NCBI RefSeq assembly: GCF_963921235.1
Contig: NC_086097.1
Coordinates: 85,376,001 to 85,440,000, forward strand
Reading direction: 5' to 3'
DNA from: Mobula hypostoma
Lineage: Eukaryota
DNA length: 64,000 nt
The position numbers and the translations under genes were made by a program. Under the pieces are notes generated by a model. It made no database searches, was not told where the DNA came from, and was given only the letters and a program-made list of their open reading frames with translations. This document shows positions 53,084 to 64,000 of the stretch, piece after piece (the first letter of the stretch is position 1; each line of letters opens with the position of its first letter).

Positions 53084-53569
53084 GGCCAGGATGGTGAAGG
53101 TCTTTGATTGTGGATATTGCTTTCCAGTAACAGCGTTCCATATAGATGTGCTCAGTGGTGGGGATGACTTAACCTATGATAGACGGAGCTGTATACACTA
53201 ATTGTGTTGGCTTTTCTGATAAATGACATTGGTGTTTCTATACTAGGCCATGATGCAACTGCACCATGCATCTATAGAAGATTGTCAAAGTTTTAAATTT
53301 TCGTAAACTTCTAAGAAAGTAATGGCGCTGCTGTGCTATCTTTGTAATCGCATTCACATGCTAGATCCAGGACAGATCCTCTGAAATGAAAACACCAAGG
53401 AAGTTAAAGTTGCTGACTCTCTCCAGCTCTGATCCCCCATTGAGGACTGCCTCGTGGACCTTCGGTTTCCTCCTCCAGGAATCAATAACCAGCTCCTTGT
53501 TCTCACTGACATTGAGTGTAAGGTTGTTTTTGTGGCACCACTCAGCCAGATTTTCATCCTCTCTCCAAT

Positions 53570-54835
53570 ATGTCAACAGGTCAACGGCAGATGCCATCTC
53601 TCTGGCTCTACATTCCTCCTTAGAACACCTGGAGAATAAAGACACATACATAAGGCTCCTTTTCATTGACTACAGCTCTGCCTTTAATACCATCATTCCA
53701 AATAAACTGATCCTAAGCTCTGGAACCTGGGCCTTAACACTTAGATCTGCAGCTGGATCTTCAACTTCCTCACAGACAGGATCCAAGCTGTAAAAATAGG
53801 GGACAAGCTCTCCTCTGCAATCACTCTGAGCACCGGTGCCCCACAAGGCTGTGTACTCAGGCCCCTGCTGTTCTCACTGTACACCCATGATCGCGTAGCC
53901 AAGTTTCCATCAAACTCAATATATAAGTTTGCTGGTGACATCACAATTGAAGGCCGTATCTCGGGTAATGATGAGTTTGAGTACAGCAAGGAAATTAAGA
54001 ACCTGGTGGCATGGTGCAAAGACAATTACCTATCCCTCAATGTCAGCAAGGCGAAGGAATTGGTTGTTGACTTCAGAAGAAGTAGCGGACTGCACGACCC
54101 CATTTACATCAGTGATGCGCAAGTGGAACAGGTTAAAAGCTTTAAGTTCCTTGGGGTCAGTATCACAAATGACCTGACTTGGTCCAACCAAGCACAGTCC
54201 ACTGCCAAGAAGGCCCACCAATGCCTCTACTTCCTGAGGAAGCTAAGGAAATTTGGCCTGTCCCCTAAAACCCTCACTAATTTTTATAGATGCACCGTAG
54301 AAAGCATTCTTCTGGGGTGCATCACAACCTGGTATGGAAGCTGTCCTGTCCAAGACCGGAAGAAGCTGCAGAGGATCACGAACATAGCGCAGCACATCAC
54401 ACATACCAATTTTCTGTCCTTGGACTCACTTTACACCGCACGCTGCCGGAGCAGTGCTGCCAGGATAATCAAGGACATGACCCACCTAGCCAACACACTT
54501 TTCATCCCTCTTCCCTCCGGGAGAAGGCTCAGGAGCTTGAAGACTCATATGGCCAGATTTGGGAACAGCTTCTTTCCAACTGTGATAAGACTGCTGAACG
54601 GATCCTGACCCAGATCGGGCCGTACCCTCCAAATATCCCGACCTGCCTCTCGGTTTTTTTTGCACTACCTTACTTTCCCTTTTCTATTTTCTATTTATGA
54701 TTTATAATTTAAATTTTTAATATTTACTATCAATTTGTACTTCAGGGAGCATGAAGAGCAGAATCAAATATCGCTGTGATGATTGTATGCTCTAGTATCA
54801 ATTGTTTGGCGACAATAAAGTATAAAGTGTAAAGT
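53570..54835 (+). mobile_element. Rex/Babar RT/3' fragment nested in the minus-strand Rex
   Basis: [30 protein letters not shown] 54006-54608; AATAAAG(TATAAAG) tail. Confidence 0.9.
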
Positions 54836-55886
54836 ATATGCTGATTCATCACCATCTTTGATTTGGCCAGCAAGAGTGGTGTCATCAGTAAAGTTAAATA
54901 TGGCATTGGAGCTGTTCTTAACCTCACAGTTGTAAGTAAAAAAAAGTAGAGTCGGGGGCTAAGCACGCAGCCAAATTGACTGAGGTCTGCAAGGGAGGAA
55001 GTCGAGGATCCAATTGCACAAAGAGGTATTGAGGCCAAGGCCTTGAAGCTTATTGATTAGTTTTGATGGGATGAAAGTATTGAATGACAAGCTGTGGTCA
55101 CTGATGAGCATCCTGATGTATATATCTTCTCTGTCTGGATGTTCCAAGGTTCAGTGAAGATCCAGTGAAATGGCATCTGCTGTTGACCTGTTGAGATGCT
55201 AGGCAAACTGGAGAAATTCTGAGTCTATCCTCAGGCAGGAGTTGACATGTTCATCACCGACCTCTCAAAGCTCTTCATCATAGAGGATGTATATTCTACA
55301 GGATGATAGTCTTTGAGGCAGTTTATCACTTTCTTCTTAGGCACCGGTATAACTGAAGCTTGCTTGAAGCAGATGGGTACCTCAGACTGCCAAAGCGAGA
55401 GTTTAAAGATATCAGTGAACACTCCAGACAGTTGATCAGCGCACGTCTTCAGTACTCAGACAGGAACACTGGCTAGGCTGGAAACTTACCATAGCTTCAC
55501 CCTCCTGAATAATGCTCTCATGTTGGTCTGAGAGACTGAAATCACGGGTTCATAGAGAGCTGTGGGAGCTCCTGGAGGTGTCTCCATGTTTTGATGGCTA
55601 AAGCGAGCATAAAAGGCATTGAACTCATTTGGGAACAAATCCTTGTTGTCACTATGTCAATTGGTCTCACTTTGTAGGAGGTGATAGCATTCAAGCCTTA
55701 TCACAGCTATCGAACATTCTTCAATGTCTTGAGTTTGGTCCGGTATTGCCAAGTCACATGTGAGATGGCTTTCTGGAGGTTGCACCTAGACCTTTTGTAT
55801 TTTACTTGGTCAGCAGAACTGAATACCACTGATCTAGCCCTCTGAAGATTACAGATCTCTTTGTTTATTTAGGCCTTCTCTTTGGG

Positions 55887-58800
55887 CAGTAATCTCGGGA
55901 TTGCTGCAGGTGGCATGCATCATGAGGTGCATAAGATGATTTGGCAGATGAATGCATGGCTGAGAAACTGGTGCAGGGAACAGGGGTTCTGATTTCTGGA
56001 TCATTAGGATCTCTTCTGGGTCTGGGGGAGTGAGGTACGACCTATACAAAAGGGGCAGGTTGCACTTGAACCCCAGAGGAACCAATATCCTTGCTAGAGC
56101 AACGAATATGGTAGGGGGGTGGGATCCAGTGTTAGGGCTGAGGAAGAGCAGTTGGTTTACAAACAGAGACAGTGTGTAGTGAGACTACTAGTAAGGAGAG
56201 CCTGATGATAGGGCAAAATTGGAGTCAATGGGATGAGCTGCAATGTAAAAGGGGGACCAAAATCAAAAAGAGTGATGAATACTTGACTGAGGTGTTATAT
56301 TTGAATGCATGTAGTATACAAAATAAAATAGATGAACTTGTAGTACAATTACAGATTAGCATGTATGATGTTGTGGGCATCACTGAGTTGTGTCTGAAAG
56401 AAGATTATAGCTGGGAGCTTAATGTCCAAGGACACACTTTACATCAAAAGGACAGACAAGTAGGCAGAGAAGATGGGGTGGCTCCATTGGTAAAAAGTGA
56501 AACCAAATCACTAGAAAGAAGTGACATAGGGTCATAAGGTGCAGAATCATTGTGGATTGAACTAAGCAAACTGCAGAGGTAATAAAGACCCCAATGGGAG
56601 TTATAGATAGACCTACAAATGGTAGCATAGATGTGGTTTACAATTTACAATTGGAGATAGAAAATGCATCTAAAAAGGCAATAGTATGATAGCCATGGGA
56701 GATTTCAATAATCAGGTAGATTGGGAAAATCAAGTTGGTGCTGGATCCCAAGAGGGGGTATGCCTACGTAATAACTTTTTTAGAGCAGCTCATTGTAGAG
56801 CCCACAGATATTCTGGATTGGGTGTTGTGCAACAATCCAGAATTGATTAGAGAGCTTAAGGCAAAGGAACCCTGAAGAGACAGTGATCATACTATTATAG
56901 AATTCAGAGTATGAAGACCATAAGACAAAGGAGCAGGAGTCGGCCATTTGGCCCATCGAGTCTGCTTCACCATTTTATCATGAAATATGAGAAAGAGAAG
57001 CTAAAGTCAGACGTATCAGTATTACAGTGGAGAAAAGGGAATTACAAAGGCATGAAAGAGGATTTGGCCAAAATTAATTAAATAAGAACACTGGCAGGGA
57101 TGACTACAGAGCAGCAGTGGCTAGAGTTTCTGGAAGTAATTTGGAAAGCACAGGATAGATACATCCCAAAGAAGAAGAAGTATACTAAAGGCAGGATGAT
57201 GCAACCGTGGCTAACAAGAGAAGACAAAGTCAACATAAAAGCCAAAGAGAGAGCATATAATACTGCAAAAATTAGTAGGAAGATACAGTAGAGGATTAGG
57301 AAGCTTTTAAAATCCAACAGAAGGGAACTTCAAAAGTCATAAAAGGAGAAGATGGAATACAAAGCCAATAATATTAAAGAGGATACCAAAAGTTTCTTCA
57401 CATATAAAAAGTGTAAGAGATGAGAATAGATATTGGACTGCTGGAAAACAATCCTGGAGAGGTAGTAATGGGGGGCAAGGAAATGATGGACAAACTGAAA
57501 AAGTATTTTGTATAAGTCTTCACTGTGCAAGACACTTGCAGAATGGTGGAGGTTCGAGAGGGTCAGGAGGCAGAAGTAAGTGAAGTTGCCATTACTAGGG
57601 AGAATGTGCTTGAGAAACTAAAAGGTCTGAAGGTAGATAAGTCACCTGGACCAGATGGTCTACACCCCAGGGTTCTGAAAGAGGTGGCTGAAGAGATTGT
57701 GAGGCTTGTAATGATTTTTCAAGAATAAATGGATTCTGGCATGGTTCTGAAGACTGGAAATTGCAAATTTCACTCCACTGATCTTGAAGAGAGAGAGGCA
57801 GAAGAAAGAAAATTACAGGCCAGTTAGTCTGACCCTAGTGGTTGGGAAGATGTTGGAGTCCATTGTTCAGGATGTGTTTCAGGGTTCTTGGAGGCACATG
57901 ATAAAGCTGGCTAAAGTCAACATGATTTCCTTAAGGGAAAATCATGCCTGACAAATTTGTTGGAATGCTTTGAAGAAATAACAAGCCTGATAGACAAAGG
58001 AGAATTGGTGGATGGTGTGAACTTAGATTTTCAGAAGGCCTTTGACAAGGTGCCACACATAAGGCTGCTTAACAAGTTAAGAGCCCATAGTATTACAGGA
58101 AAGATACTATCATGGATAGAGGATTAGCTGATTGGCAGGAGACAAAGAGTGGGAATAAAGGGAGCCTTTTCTGGATGGCTGCTAATGATCAGTGGTATTC
58201 CACAGGGGTCTGTGTTGGGACTGCTTCATTGTTTTTGATGAAGGAATTGATGGCTTTGTGACCAAATTTGTGTTTGATATGAAAATAGGTGGAAGGCACA
58301 TAGTGTTGATGAAGCAGATAGGGTACAGAAGGACTTAGACAGACAGAAGAATAGAAGTGACAGATGGAATATAGTGCCGGGAAGTGTATGGCCACGCATT
58401 TTGTAAAAGAAATATAATTATAGACTATATTCTAAATGAAGAGAAAATTCAAAATCTGAGGTGCAAAGGGACTTGGAGTCCTTGTGCAGATTCCCTAAAA
58501 GTTAATTTGCAGATTGTGTCAGGGCTGAGGAAGGCAAATGCAATGTATTCATTTTGAGAGTATTAGAATATAATAGCAAGGATGTAATGTTAAGGTTTTA
58601 TAAGGCACTGGTGAGACCTCATTTGGAGTATTGTGAGCAGTTCTGGGCCCCTTATCTAAGAAAGGATGTGCTGACTTTGGAAAAGACTTAAAGGAGTTTC
58701 ATGAAAATGATTCTGGAATTAAAACACTTATCATTGGAGGAGTGTTTGATCGCTCTGGGCTTGTACTCACTGGAATTCCTCAGAATAGGAGTGGGGATGG

Positions 58801-59185
58801 TCTGATGAAACCTATCAAATGTTGAAAGGCCTTGACAGAGTAGATTTGGAGAGGATGTTTCCTCTGGTCGGAGTGTCTAGGACCAGAGGACACAGCCTCA
58901 GAATACAGGGACATCCATTTCGAATAGAGATGAGAAGGAATTTCTTAGCTAGAGTGGTGAATCTGTGAAATTTGTTGCCATAGACAGCTGTGGAGGCCCA
59001 GTCATTGGGTATACTTAAGGCAGAGATTGATAGATTCTTGATTAATTAGGGCATGGAGAGATAGATGGTGAAGGGAGAAGACTGGGGCTGAGGGGAAAAA
59101 TGGATCAGCCATGACGAAATGGCAAAGCAGACTTAATGGGCCAAATAGCTTAATTCTGCTCCGATATCATCTAGTCTTATGGTCT
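55887..59185 (+). mobile_element. CR1 LINE (end of ORF1 through 3' end), decayed
   Basis: YLNACSIQNKIDEL, KSPGPDGLHPRVLKE and RT remnants; tcttatggtct tail; host Rex resumes at 59186. Confidence 0.9.
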
Positions 59186-60339
59186 AAGACTCTGAATGAT
59201 TTTGTGGGAACACACTCACCAACAAATGTTTTTATAAAATTGGTGATAACAAGGATTATTCATTCAGATCCCTTGATAAGTGTTTGAACGGCCCAGTTGA
59301 CCAACTCAAAACAATCCAGTATCCACCTCTCTGCCTGCCCTGCCCATCTCTTCATTGTTTTTATCTCTGGAGCCTCACTCTTCAGATAGAAGGAAGATAG
59401 CCAGACTGTCAGATTTCCCAAAATGCGATCAAGGCATTTCTAATCGTAGTATAACAGTGGTTGTTTCTGTTGGGACCCCTTGTGCTGAAGCTCATATGTT
59501 GATGATAAACGAGCAGAGACTTGGTCGAATAAGCCTGACTGAAAGTCCCTCTCAATGATTTGAGAAGTGTTGGGGTAGGCTGTTTCATGCTTGCTAATTG
59601 CTACACTCAATAGCTCGTGTGCCTGCTTAACATTGGCCTTTGGTTGTGTGTAAACTGTGGTCAGGGTCACGGAGGAGAACTATCTTGATATGTAGAATGG
59701 TTAGCACTTAATCATTAGATGTTCCAGATCAGGGGGCCAAGAGTGTGACAAGGCAACTTCTTCTGAGCACTCCAAAGAGTTTATCATGAAATACAGAGCC
59801 CCTCAGCTTTTGCCCAATTTGAATCAGCAGTCCAGTCTATCTGTGTATTGAGAAGCCCTCAGGTCTTACTGACGTATGCAGCTTATCCGAGGTGAGCCAG
59901 GTCTCCATGAAATACAGAACACAGAAATCTTTCATTTCCCTCTGATATAGCAATTTTGTCCTTAGGTCTTCTGTCTCCAGTGACTGTATATTTGCTAACA
60001 AGATACTGGGTAGGGGAAGTTTTACACCCCAGCATTTCAGTCTGGCTTGGAGTCCTCCCCTCCTCCCTCGCTTCTGGACATAGTTTCTTCATCCACTTAC
60101 CTGCATTTCTGAGAATTAAGTTTGCAGGGTCCTTCAGAAGATTGTGAAATTACTAGTTCATTAAGAAGGTTCAGAAGTACATTACTTAAAGGGGAATTAC
60201 AGACTGAAGACTGCAGTGAAAGCATTTCAGATTAATTATATTTAGAAGTTTTGTAACCTGTCTGCAGAGCATCGCTGTGTTTCACCAGCACCATCTTCGA
60301 TCAGAGTATTAGAGATTTATCATTACAGCAATAGCATTA

Positions 60340-60850
60340 AGAATCAGAATCAGAATCAGGTTTATGTTGTGAAATTTGTTAACTTAGCAGCAGCAGTACA
60401 ATGCAATACCTGATAATATACAAAAAATGTGAATTACAGTAAATATATATACATTTCCAAATATAAAATAGTTAAATAGTAGCACAAAAAAAAAGAAATA
60501 AAAAGGCAGTGTGATGGTGTTCATGGGTCAATGTCCATTCAGAAATTGGATGTCAAAGGGTAAGAAGCTGTTCCTGAATCATTGAGTGTGTGTCTTCAGG
60601 TTTCTTTATCTTCTTCCTGATGATATGAATGAGAAGAGGGCATGTCCTGGGTGGTGGGGGGTCCCCTAATGATGGACAGTACCTTTTTGAGGCACCGCTC
60701 TTTGAAGATGTCTTGGATACTAGAGAGCTAGTGCCCATGATGGAGCTGACTAATTTTACAACTCTCTGCAGCTTACTTCGATCCTGTGCAGCAGCCCCCC
60801 CCCCCATACAAGACAGTGATGCAGCCAGTTCAAATGCTCTCCATGGCACA
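60340..60850 (-). mobile_element. Rex/Babar 3' fragment
   Basis: (AATCAG)n tail at ~60340-60360; AAAQDRSKLQRVVK remnant. Confidence 0.75.
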
Positions 60851-61087
60851 TAACTGGCGGACCAATCGTGAGTTGGAGAGCTTCGAGTGAGGAGGTGGTG
60901 CACAGGTCCAGGAGCAAAGATTAAAAGGAGAAAGCTTCATGGGAACTCGGCTATAACTGGAGCACCAATTGTGAGTTGAAGAGCTCTGAGAGAGGAGGTG
61001 ATGCACAGGTCCGGGAGCGAAGTTTAAAAGGAGAAGGCTTCGCAGGACCTCGGCTATAACTGGAGCACCAATTGTGAGTTGGAGATC
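60851..61087 (+). promoter_or_regulatory. 2.3 x 103-bp tandem monomers in the CR1 5'UTR
   Basis: TAACTGG starts at 60851, 60954 and 61057; each has CCAAT, and the two full units have TTAAAAG. Confidence 0.75.
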
Positions 61088-64000
61088 AGGGAAGGTTCAG
61101 GCATAAAAGGGAGACACTGCCTAGTGAAGCAGTCATCGATGGAGTAGTCTGAGGCAGAGTGGTAGGGCTTTGGTTGATTCAGGCTTCGGCGAGGTAAGTG
61201 GGTAAGTGAACTTCATTTTTTTCCCTTGCTTTTTTTGGAGGAATAGAGAGCATGTCTGTAGGGTTAGTACTTTGCTCTGGGTGTCAGATGTGGGAATCCT
61301 GGGAATCTTCCAGTCTCCCAGATGGCCACATCTGCACCAGGTGCACCGAGATGCAGCTTCTGAGAGACCGTGTTAGGAATCTGGAGCTGCGGCTTGATGG
61401 CCTACAGCTTATTAGGGAAAGCGAGCAGGAGCTACAAGGAGTTAGTCACCCTGAGGCTGCAGGAGTTAGACAGTGGGTGACTGTCAGGGAAGCGAGGGAA
61501 AGAGCTCAGATAGTAGAGAGCACCCCTGTGGCCATCCCCCTCAGTAATCGTTATCTCATTTTGCAAGTGGTTGAGGGGGGATGACCTGACAGAGGACGAC
61601 CACAGCGATCGGTCCTCTGGCACTGAGCCTGGTTCCGTGGTGCAGAAGGGAGAGAAGAAGATGTAGTCATTTGGAATTCCATAGTGAGGGGAACAGACAG
61701 GAGGTTCTGTCAGCCTGATAGAGATACCCGCATGGTGTGTTGCCTCCCAGGTGCCAGAGTACGGGATGTCTCGGATCGGGTGAAGAGTATTCTGAAGGGA
61801 GAGGGTGAAGAGCCAGAAGTCTTGGTACACATTAGTACCAATGACATATGTAGAAAAAGGGAGGAGGTCCTGAAGAGAGAATTCAGGGAGCTGGGTAGGA
61901 AGCTGAAAAGCAGGACCTCTAGGGTAGTAATCTCAGGATTGCTGCCTGTGACACGTGCTAGTGATTGCAAGAATAGCACGATCAGGCGTATTAATGTGTG
62001 GCTGAGAGGCTGATATAGGGGGCAGGGCTTCAGATTCCTGGATCATTGGGGTCTCTTCTGGGGGAGGTATGACCTGTACAAAAAGTACGGGTTACACTGA
62101 ATCCAAAGGGGTCCCATATCCTAGCAGGCAGGTTTAATAGAGCTGTTAGTGAGGGTTTAAACTAATTTGTCAGGGGGATGGGAACCGGAGTGATAGGGAT
62201 GAGGAAGGGGAAAACAGAAATAAATCAAAGAAAGTGTGCGACAGAGATGATAGAAAGGACAGGCAGGAGATGAGGCATAATCACAGCCAGTGGGATGAGT
62301 TACAGGGCGATAGTGGCATGGTGCAGTTAAAACAGAAAGCAACAAATACTGGACTGAAAATATTAAATTTGAATGCATACAGCATAAGAAATAAAATGGA
62401 CGATCTTGAAATTCAGCTACAGACTGGCAAATATGACATTCTGGCCACCTCTGAAACTTGGCTAAAGGATGGCTGCCATTGGGAGCTAAACATCCAAGGA
62501 TATATGGTATATCAGAAAGATAGGTTAGTAGGCAGAGGGGGTGGTGTGGCTCTGTGTATAAGAAATAATATTCAATCATTAGGAAGGGATAACATAGGAT
62601 TGGAAGGTCTAGAGTCTCTACAGGTTGGGTTAAGAAATGACAAGGATAAAAGGACCCTAATGACAGGCCACCAAACAGCAGCCGGGATGCGGATTACAAA
62701 TCACAGCAGGAGATAGAAAAGGTGTTTCAGAAAGGCAATGGCATGATAATCGTTGGGAACTTTAACATGAAAGTGGATTGGGAAAACCAGGCCAGTACTC
62801 TACCTCAAGAGAGAGATTTTGTAGAACGGCTAAGGGATGGCTTTTTAGAACAGCTTGTTGTTGAGCCCACTAGGGGATCAACTGTGCTGGATTAGGTGTT
62901 GTGCAATGATCTGGAGGTGATAAGAGAGCTTAAGGTTAAGGAACCCTTAGGGAACAGTGATCACAATATGTTCGAGTTTGCTTTGAAGTTTGAGAAGGAG
63001 AAACTAAATTCCAATGTGTTGGTATTTCAGTGGAATAAAGAACATTACAATGGCGTGAGAGGGGAAGCGGCCAAGGATGACTGGAAAGAGACACTAGCAG
63101 GAAGGACAGGAGAAGCAGCAATGGCTGGAGTTTCTGCGAAAAATGAGGGAAGTGCAAAAGAGATATATTCCAAATAAGAAGAAATTTTCAAAGGGAAGAA
63201 GGACATGATCGTGGCTGACAAATCAAGTCAGAGCCAAAGTAAAGGCAAAAGAAAGGGCATACAAGGAAGCCAAAGCTAGTAGGAAGATAGAGGATTGGGA
63301 GGATTGGGATCGGGATAGAGAATTAGAAAACTTGCAGAATGAAACTAAGAAGGTCATTAGGAAGGAGAAGATGAATTATGAAAGGAAGCTGGCAACTAAT
63401 ATCAAAGAAGATACTAAAAGCTTTTTTAAGTATATAAAGGGTAAAAGAGAGTTGAGATATAGGACCAGTAGAAAATGATGCTGGAGATATTGTAATGAGA
63501 GATGCTGATTTGGCAGAGGAACTGAATGCACATTTTGCATCAGTCTTCACAGTGGAAGACATCTGCAATATACCGGACATTCAAGAGTGTCAAGGAAGTG
63601 AAGTATGTGCAATGAAAATTACAACTGAGAAGGTGCTCAGGAAGCTTAATGACCTGAGGGTGGATAAACCTCTTGGACCTGATGGAATGCACCCTCTGGT
63701 TCTTAAGGAAGTAGCTAGAGAGATTGCAGAGGCATTAAACAATGATCTTTCAACAATCGATAGATTCTGGCATTGTACCGGATGACTGGAAAATTGCAAA
63801 TGTTACTCCACTATTTAAAAAGGGTAGGAGGGAACAGAAAGGAAACTATAGACCTGTTAGCCTGACATCAGTGGTTGGGAAGTTGTTGGAATCAATTGTT
63901 AGGTATGAGATTAAGGAGTACTTGGAGGTACATGACAAGATAGGCCAAAGCCAGCATGGTTTCCTGAAAGGAAAATCCTGCCTGACTAACCTACTGCAAT
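60851..64000 (+). mobile_element. 5'-complete CR1 LINE (5'UTR monomers, ORF1 zinc finger + SGNH, ORF2 EN to RT start), runs off the window
   Basis: ORF1 MSVGLVLCSGCQMWE..HICTRC (61252) and RMVCCLPGARVRDV..VHISTND (61684); ORF2 LNAYSIRNK..SETWL, SDH, GPDG, NYRPVSLTS, QHGF. Confidence 0.92.

Larger units (their letters stand above)
52410..60300 (-). mobile_element. Essentially full-length Rex/Babar LINE fragmented by four nested insertions
   Basis: 5' EN LPSILLANIQSLE..LLYQREM..ETWL (~60020-59890), DCFELVNWAVF (~59320), RT pieces 55850-54835 and 53570-53100, 3' tail ~52410; host sequence resumes across each insertion. Confidence 0.8.

Noticed and set aside
59250..60200. Apparent retroviral gag (AYPNT..FQSGL, CFE.GQLG knuckle-like)
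   Set aside because: Other frames give LPSILLANIQSLE..ETWL and DCFELVNWAVF, i.e. the endonuclease region of the Rex/Babar host LINE
60851..61087. CRISPR-like repeat array
   Set aside because: Whole 103-bp units repeat without unique spacers, in a eukaryotic LINE 5'UTR
52040..64000. DESI2 exons 1-2
   Set aside because: No YW.NEY..GVFHSG-like coding sequence found by eye; presumably beyond the window

Overview
Vertebrate nuclear DNA, very probably a cartilaginous fish (inferred from the CR1/Rex-Babar/V-SINE/Penelope repeat content). The only host gene is DESI2/PPPDE1-like on the minus strand. Three coding exons with canonical AG/GT boundaries are present (52039-51946, 94 nt; 44073-43932, 142 nt; 7985-7740, last coding exon), separated by introns of about 7.9 kb and 35.9 kb; exons 1-2 are not in the window. 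Most of the rest is nested, decayed transposons: many CR1 LINEs (one ORF2 broken by a single frameshift; one 5'-complete copy with 103-bp promoter-like monomers), Rex/Babar-type LINEs, an L1 3' end, an internally deleted Gypsy element with related solo LTRs, hAT MITEs, several tRNA-derived SINE families, short RTE-derived retroposons and Penelope-like relics. Best leads: a 93-bp insertion flanked by a 9-bp direct repeat that begins with an intact minimal hammerhead ribozyme core; modular SINEs sharing heads or tails with RTE-derived elements; and an unexplained ~1.4-kb segment that may be a decayed F-type env/fusogen gene. Repeat family names come from motif recognition, not database searches. 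TE boundaries are approximate unless a target-site duplication (TSD) is quoted.
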